From the NCBI RefSeq assembly GCF_006345805.1, contig NW_021834758.1, positions 1 through 26,297 of the forward strand: 26,297 nt of DNA. The letters are read 5' to 3'. The position numbers and the translations under genes are program-made. Of this stretch, positions 20,559 to 26,297 are shown in pieces. Under the pieces are notes generated by a model. It was given only the letters and a program-made list of their open reading frames with translations, was not told the origin of the DNA and ran no database searches. This DNA is from Octopus sinensis. Lineage: Eukaryota. The first letter of the stretch is position 1; each line of letters opens with the position of its first letter.

Positions 20559-20927
20559 TAGGCGCAGGTATGGCTGTATGGCAGGAAGATTCCTTTTTAA
20601 TCACACAATTTCAGGTTCAGTCCCACTGTCTTGCACCTTGGGTAAATGTCTTCTACTATTGCTTCAAGCTGACCAAAGCCTTGTGAGTAGATTTGGTAGA
20701 TGTAAACTGAGAAAAACCCGTCGTGTATATGTGTGTGTGTATGTTTATGCGTGCGTATTTTTGTGACTGTTTGTTCCCCATCATCGCTTGACAACAGATG
20801 ACAATTGAATAAGTACTAGGCTTACAATGAATAAGTCCTGGGTTCGATTGCTTTGACTGAAAATACTTTAAGACGGTGCACCAGTAATGCTGTTGTCAAA
20901 ATTACAAAAACAAGTAAAAGAATAAAA
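20559..20927 (+). mobile_element. SINE family B, near full length, diverged
   Basis: Head, CORE-like caccttgggtaaatgtcttct, central (TG/TA) microsatellite, and a 3' part ending caagtaaaagaataaaag. Confidence 0.85.
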
Positions 20928-20954
20928 GTATACACACATACACACACGTATATA

Positions 20955-21726
20955 CAGGGTGCCATGCGTAAATTTTGCCATTGTATATTTTTCATGTCAC
21001 ACATGTGTACTGTTTCTTTTGGTTTTGCCCACTCACACTATAGTAAGGTCAGTGCACATCGTCTGTGGGGAAAACAGAGCCATGATGCAATTCACTATTC
21101 CAGAAATTTGGAAAGGACACGCTGGACTGCTTGGCATTCGCGCCGGATGCTCCAATATGAACATTTCAGAGTGTTTGGGTGTCAATCTGAGGATGGAGCA
21201 ATCTGAGGACATGTACCGAGACTGCTAAAATTCAAACATCCAGTAAACATCATGGTGTTTCGAGTGATCACATGTGATAGTGACGTTATGCCTCCATTCA
21301 TCTTCCCATATGGCCTCAGACTCAACACGAAGGCCTACTTCAAGTGCCTGGAGGAGGTAGTGCTGCCCTGGGTCAAGAGGGTGGCTGCTAGAAGACAACA
21401 GGACTCTGCACCATGCCTGCACATTGCCACACAAGCAGGAAAAACCAGTCATGGCTGTCAGACGATTTCTGCAAACACATCACCCCAAACATCTGGCCAC
21501 CTAACTCTCCAGAATGCAACCCACTTAGTTATTAGGTGTAGGGCGCAGTTGAGCGAGAGACCACTAAAACTACTTGTAACGCCAAAAATGAACTGAGTGC
21601 GAGGATTATAGCAGCATTCACCAACTTAAACAAGGAGATCGTCCAGAAGTGCTGCTGAAGATTCCGAAGTCATCTGGAGACCGTGGTTGAAGTCAATGGC
21701 AGTTTTATTGAATAAATTTACTCTTT
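20955..21726 (+). mobile_element. Internally deleted DD37D (maT-like) Tc1/mariner element with transposase pseudogene (21082-21715)
   Basis: TA|CAGGGTG start; MMQFTIPEIW...[deletion]...IMVFRVITCDSDVMPPFIF...QQDSAPC/HTSRKNQSWL...WPPNSPECNPL(S)Y. There are 37 residues from D2 to the (mutated) D3 position after removing an 11-bp insertion. The 3' end is lost at a SINE-B insertion. Confidence 0.9.
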
Positions 21727-21995
21727 AGGCGCAAGAGGAGCTTTGTGGTAAGTAGGTTGCTTACCAGCTACATGGTTCCGGGTTCAGTCCCACTGCGTGG
21801 CACCTTGGGCAAGTGTCTTCTACTATAGCCTCGAGCCGACCAAAGCCTTGTGAGTTGATTTGGTAGACGGAAACTGAAAGAAACCTGTGGGTATATATAT
21901 ATATATATATATATATGATATATATATATATATGTTTGTGTCTTTGTTTGTCCCCCCACACACACAACAACATGACTTGACAACCGATGCTGGTG
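21726..21995 (+). mobile_element. SINE family B, 3'-truncated
   Basis: Closest to consensus: catggttccgggttcagtcccactgcgtggcaccttgggcaagtgtcttctactatagcc. Confidence 0.92.
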
Positions 21996-21996
21996 T

Positions 21997-22177
21997 GTTT
22001 ACGTACTCATACGTTGTGGTGAAAGAGTACAGCAGTGATCGCCACCACCCGCTACCGGAGCCTCGTGGAGCTTTAGGTGTTTTCGCTCAATAAACACTCA
22101 CAACGCCCAGTCTGGGAATTGAAACCGCGATCCTACAACCGCGTGTCCACTGCCCTAACCACTAGGCCATTGCGCCT

Positions 22178-22182
<5 letters not shown>
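21997..22182 (-). mobile_element. SINE family C, 3'-truncated, tail-to-tail with SINE B
   Basis: Minus: gcgcaatggcctagtggttagggcag...gtttattgagcgaaaacacctaaagctccacg matches ~10740-10900. Confidence 0.9.
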
Positions 22183-22228
<46 letters not shown>

Positions 22229-22959
22229 ATCCAAACTATATGAAGACGAAGAAATCCTTTAACATTTAACGATTGGCTACAATTGTTTCTGTATCAACTT
22301 CTTGCAACGCCAGTTTACGAAATATTACGTAATATTACGTAACATTTCGTTAACATTTTTGAAGATATTGATCGTAGAAACTTAGTGAACAATATACTTT
22401 AGGCTTTTGTGTAAAAATCTTCCATCTTCCGAGTTAGTTGCCCACGCTACGAATTTTTAAACTCTATCGTAAGACATCACTGAAAATGAATGTCGAATCT
22501 CACTCAAATCCCAATATTTCCGACTTGTAAAAACATTTTTAAAAAATAGAAAAGAGTCCCGATGCTCAGAGAGTCGTAACTAGGGTGTGCGCCACGACGT
22601 GTAACCCTTGAGCTAACTGTCAACTCCGGCCTCCAAACATATATAGGCTTATAGAGCAAACTTAAAAAGTGCTTCTCTTGTAAAAGTTGCTCGTGATGGA
22701 GCGCAAACCCGCTCTCATTTAGCAACACTACTGGTGATGCTCATGGTTGGAACGCATTTGTTTATAGATCACTCCTGAATCATGGGCTGGCTTTTTCGAG
22801 AAGTGAACCGCATGAGACATGGTCCGTTATCGGTGGCCTGCACTACTGAAAAGAAAAATAAAAAAAAAATCAAAGTAATTTTTCGTTAGACCATTCAGAA
22901 CGTGCCATGGGCTGTAGTTTGTTAATGACTGCTTTAAAGATTTCCTTCGCATTGGTGCA

Positions 22960-23110
22960 AAAATAACAAATTTCCTTCAAAACGCACTTCACTATCCTGG
23001 ATGAAAAACAAAAAGGAAAAGGCATAAGATCATGACTGGAACGCTTTCGATTACAAGTTCCTTCAGGATCAGGGCTTTCCTGGGGTTAAACGACAACAAC
23101 AGCAAAAATA
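22960..23110 (+). mobile_element. Family E repeat, internally deleted, (CAA)n tail
   Basis: gatcatgactggaacgcttt...atcagggctttcctggggttaaacgacaacaac aligns with 3660-3760. Confidence 0.6.
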
Positions 23111-23294
23111 ATAACAACATTAGCAGCAGCAATAATAACCAGAGACTAACGTACACAAAACATGTATATACAGTACTGTCCGTATCTTGTTTTTCTTTTT
23201 TATCAAAGGGAGTCTTTGTTTTGTTTTTCACTGACCTTCATATTTTTTCTTTCCATTTACTTATTTATTTTTTATTTATCTATTTATTTATTTA

Positions 23295-23327
23295 TTGAGA
23301 GGGATCACCTAATTGGCCGAAAACGTA
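23295..23327 (+). ncRNA. Degenerate hammerhead-like relic
   Basis: uuGAGA g gg(a)uca ccuaau uggcc GAAA ACGUA. Stem II pairs, GAAA and an ACGU palindrome are present, but the 5' core is damaged. Confidence 0.35.
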
Positions 23328-23573
23328 AGATGCATGCTGCAGTCTCATTGGTTCGTTTTATTTGTCTGTGTTAGTGGGGGAGAGGATCATGTGAAAATGA
23401 TGGATTTATCCGCGAATCTGTCATTGTAACAGCCAAACAAATGCATTATTACACCTACACACATATGCAGCAGACACGCGCATATACATACACACTCACA
23501 AACACATGCGCGCATGTATCGCATACAAACATACGCACGCATGATCACACACACACACACACACACAGACACA

Positions 23574-23607
<34 letters not shown>

Positions 23608-24282
23608 ATATATTAGCACGCGGATATCAAAATACGGATCCAGACAAACATACATATGCAATCATGCATGCATATATACAAACGTGTATACATGTATGAC
23701 CATGTACGCAGATATATACACACATACACTTACACGTAACACACCTGAATCCAGACATACAAAACACCCACCCATACATACACACACAGGCATGCCTAGG
23801 CGAACACAGACGCACACATGCGTTATCGTATATGCTCATATATACATACGCACATATATACAACACAACCAGAAATAAAAGACACGCATACATACACACA
23901 CAGAGGCATATATGCACAAGTATATACATCTATGTATACATAGACACACATATACTTCGGACCCAGAAAAGAGGGACTCCCAAAACACATGTATACACAC
24001 ACTCATGCATTTATTCACTAACCTTAACATTAAACACACACGTAGATACAGGCAAACACAAAAATAAATGTAGAAAAAAAGACAAAAACGCAACAAAGAA
24101 AAAAATTAACCGAGATTCAAGTTTCTGATATGACAAGATCAATCCTGGTTCAAATCTTAGCTTTGGTTCATTGGCTGCTTCTTCTAATTTATCATTTATT
24201 TTAATGCTTCGTTATCAATATTATTTTACATTTTATTTATTTATTTATTTATTTATTTATTTGTTGCTGCATGTTTATTTTG

Positions 24283-25915
24283 AAGGCAACGTGCTGGCAG
24301 AATGCTTAGCGACATTTCGTCTGTCTTTACGATCTGAGTTCAAAGTCCGGCAAGGACGACCTGCTCGTTCTTTTCTACTCTAGGCACAAGGCCTGAAATT
24401 TTAGCGGAGGTGGGCAATTGATTACATCGATACCAGTACGAAGCTGGTACTTAATTTATCGACCCCGAAATGATGAAAGGCAAATTCGACCTCGGCGGAA
24501 TTTGAACTCAGAACATAAAGACAGACGAAATACCTATTTCTTTGCTACCCACAAGGGGCTAAACACAGAGGGGTCAAACAAGGACAGACAAACAGATTAA
24601 GTCGATTATATCGACCCCAGTGGGTAACTGGTACTTATTTAATCGACCCCGAAAGGATGAAAGGCAAAGTCGACCTCGGCGGAATTTGAACTCAGAACGT
24701 AACGGCAGACGAAATACGGCTACGCATTTCACCCAGCGCGCTAACGTTTCTGCCAGCTCGCTGCTCATTCATCCTCTCGCGTTCGGTAAAATAAGTACCA
24801 ATGGAGCAGACATAATTGACTTACCCGTCCTCTCAAATTTTTAAATCCGTGTCTAATTTTAAAACCATTATTTACAATTTTTTTACAGCGACGTGCTGGT
24901 AGAATCGTTAGCACATAGAACGAAATGCTGAGCGGCATTTCGCCTGAAATTTACGTCCTGAGTTCAATTCTGCGGAGGTCGACTTTGTCTTTCATCCAGG
25001 GTCGATAAAATAAATGCCAGCTGAACACTGGGGTCGATCTAATCGACTAGCCCCAACCCTAAAAATTCACTCCTTGTGCCTATAAAAGACAGGACTATTG
25101 GTTTCCAATTTTGGCACAATGCCAGCAATTTCGGGAGAAGGGGAAAGTCGATTACATTGACCCCAGTGTTCGGCTGGTACTTATTTTACCCACCCCAAAA
25201 GAATGTGAGGCAAAGTCGACCTCAGCGAAATTTGAACTCAGAACGTAAAGACGGACGAAATGCTGCTAAGCATTTCAGCCGGCGTGCTAACAATTCTTAT
25301 TTCTTTATTGCCCACAAGGGGCTAAACATAGAGGGGACAAACAAGGACAGACTAGGAGATTAAGTCGATTTCATCCCCCCCCCAGTGCGTAACTGGTACT
25401 TAATTTATCGACCCCGAAAGGAGGAAAGGCAAAGTCGACCACGGCGGAATTTGAACTCAGAACGTAGTGGCAGAGGAAATGCCTATTTCTTTACTACCCA
25501 CAAGGGGCTAAACACAGAGGGGACAAACAAGGACGGACAAACGGATTAAGTCGATTATATCGATCCCAGTGCATAACTGGTACTTATTTAATCAACCCCG
25601 AAAGGATGAAAGGCAAAGTCGACCTCGGCGGAATTTGAACTCAGAACGTAACAGCAGACGAAATGCTCGCCACCTTAAAGCAGTGAGGAATATTGATTAA
25701 CGACTTTTAAGGCGGACAAAATGCTAAACGGTATTTCGTCCGTCTTTATGTCCTGAATTCAAATTCTGCTGAGGTCGAGTTTGAGGTAAACCTACGATGT
25801 ATTAATTTCATCATTTCGGGGGTCGATTAGATAAGTACCAGTCAAGCACTGGGGTCGAAGTAATTGACTTCCCTCCTTCCCCAAAGTTTCAGGCCTTGTG
25901 CCTCAAACAGCAAAG
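24283..25915. mobile_element. Nested cluster of about eight SINE family A units in mixed orientation
   Basis: (+) 24283-24360 continuing at 24767-24870, interrupted by a (-) dimer 24371-24533/24534-24766; (+) 24887-25090; (-) trimer 25100-25295/25296-25482/25483-25675; (+) 25707-25915. Confidence 0.9.
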
Positions 25916-25958
25916 ATTATTTACAAATTTTTGTTAATTTTGTAATTTTAAACTTTCC

Positions 25959-25961
25959 GTT

Positions 25962-25993
<32 letters not shown>

Positions 25994-26087
25994 ACTTACT
26001 TTCTCCTTCCTTCCTTCTTTCTTTCTATCTTTCTTTACTGCTTTCTTTCTTTCCTGCTTTCTTTCTTTCTTTCTTTCTTTCTTTCTA
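25959..26087. repeat. (CTTT)n pyrimidine microsatellite
   Basis: Direct reading. Confidence 0.95.
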
Positions 26088-26129
26088 CCCCTCTCTCTCA
26101 TTTTGAGATTCTCACACTTAAGTTACAAG

Positions 26130-26215
26130 CTAACTGCTTAGACCCAGGAGAAGCCTGAACAAGGAAATACGTTGATTAAAGGCGTTCCAGTCGTGAGCAT
26201 CGCCTGTTATTCTGC
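26130..26215 (-). mobile_element. Family E tail fragment
   Basis: gattaaaggcgttccagtcgtgagcatc is the reverse complement of the E tail motif at ~3660-3690 and ~23025-23050. Confidence 0.55.
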
Positions 26216-26297
26216 TTCTTTTTACAGACCGGGGATGGTTGACTGTTATTTTCAGCAAGTTCAGCTTGCTCGATAAGACAACCTTATTAGCTCTGAC

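Noticed and set aside
23030-23095. ERF(W)I...LGLN, resembling a PLE GIY-YIG C-terminus
   Set aside because: It needs a frameshift, and the DNA aligns with the family E tail seen at 3660-3760 and 26130-26215.
24283-25915. Regularly repeated ~180-bp units suggesting a CRISPR-like or satellite array
   Set aside because: The units are SINE copies in mixed orientation without unique spacers, in a eukaryotic context.

Overview
AT-rich, microsatellite-saturated eukaryotic DNA, most likely intronic or intergenic sequence from an octopus or other coleoid cephalopod. The organism is inferred from my recollection of the repeat families, not from a search. I find no intact protein-coding gene: most listed ORFs are simple-repeat read-throughs or chance frames across TE relics. 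The window is a mosaic of five short interspersed families (labelled A-E here; A-D tRNA-headed SINEs, E a (CAA)n-tailed repeat), decayed RTE LINE pieces, a Penelope-like (PLE) GIY-YIG relic, several short PLE-like fold-back fragments carrying minimal hammerhead-ribozyme (HHR) motifs, a DD34D mariner pseudogene and a DD37D (maT-like) pseudogene. The most unusual structures are: (i) a near-complete type I hammerhead inside a head-to-head fold-back at 20.3 kb; (ii) two inverted copies of a SINE-head/hammerhead composite sharing one junction (11.35 kb and 14.1-14.36 kb); (iii) a 1.07-kb, ~99% identical palindrome with three nested centres and ~10-bp-phased TTAGCAA motifs; (iv) SINE-A multimers with a fixed re-entry site and a GGTAT-type target bias. 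All alignments and coordinates were read by eye; degenerate boundaries are approximate.
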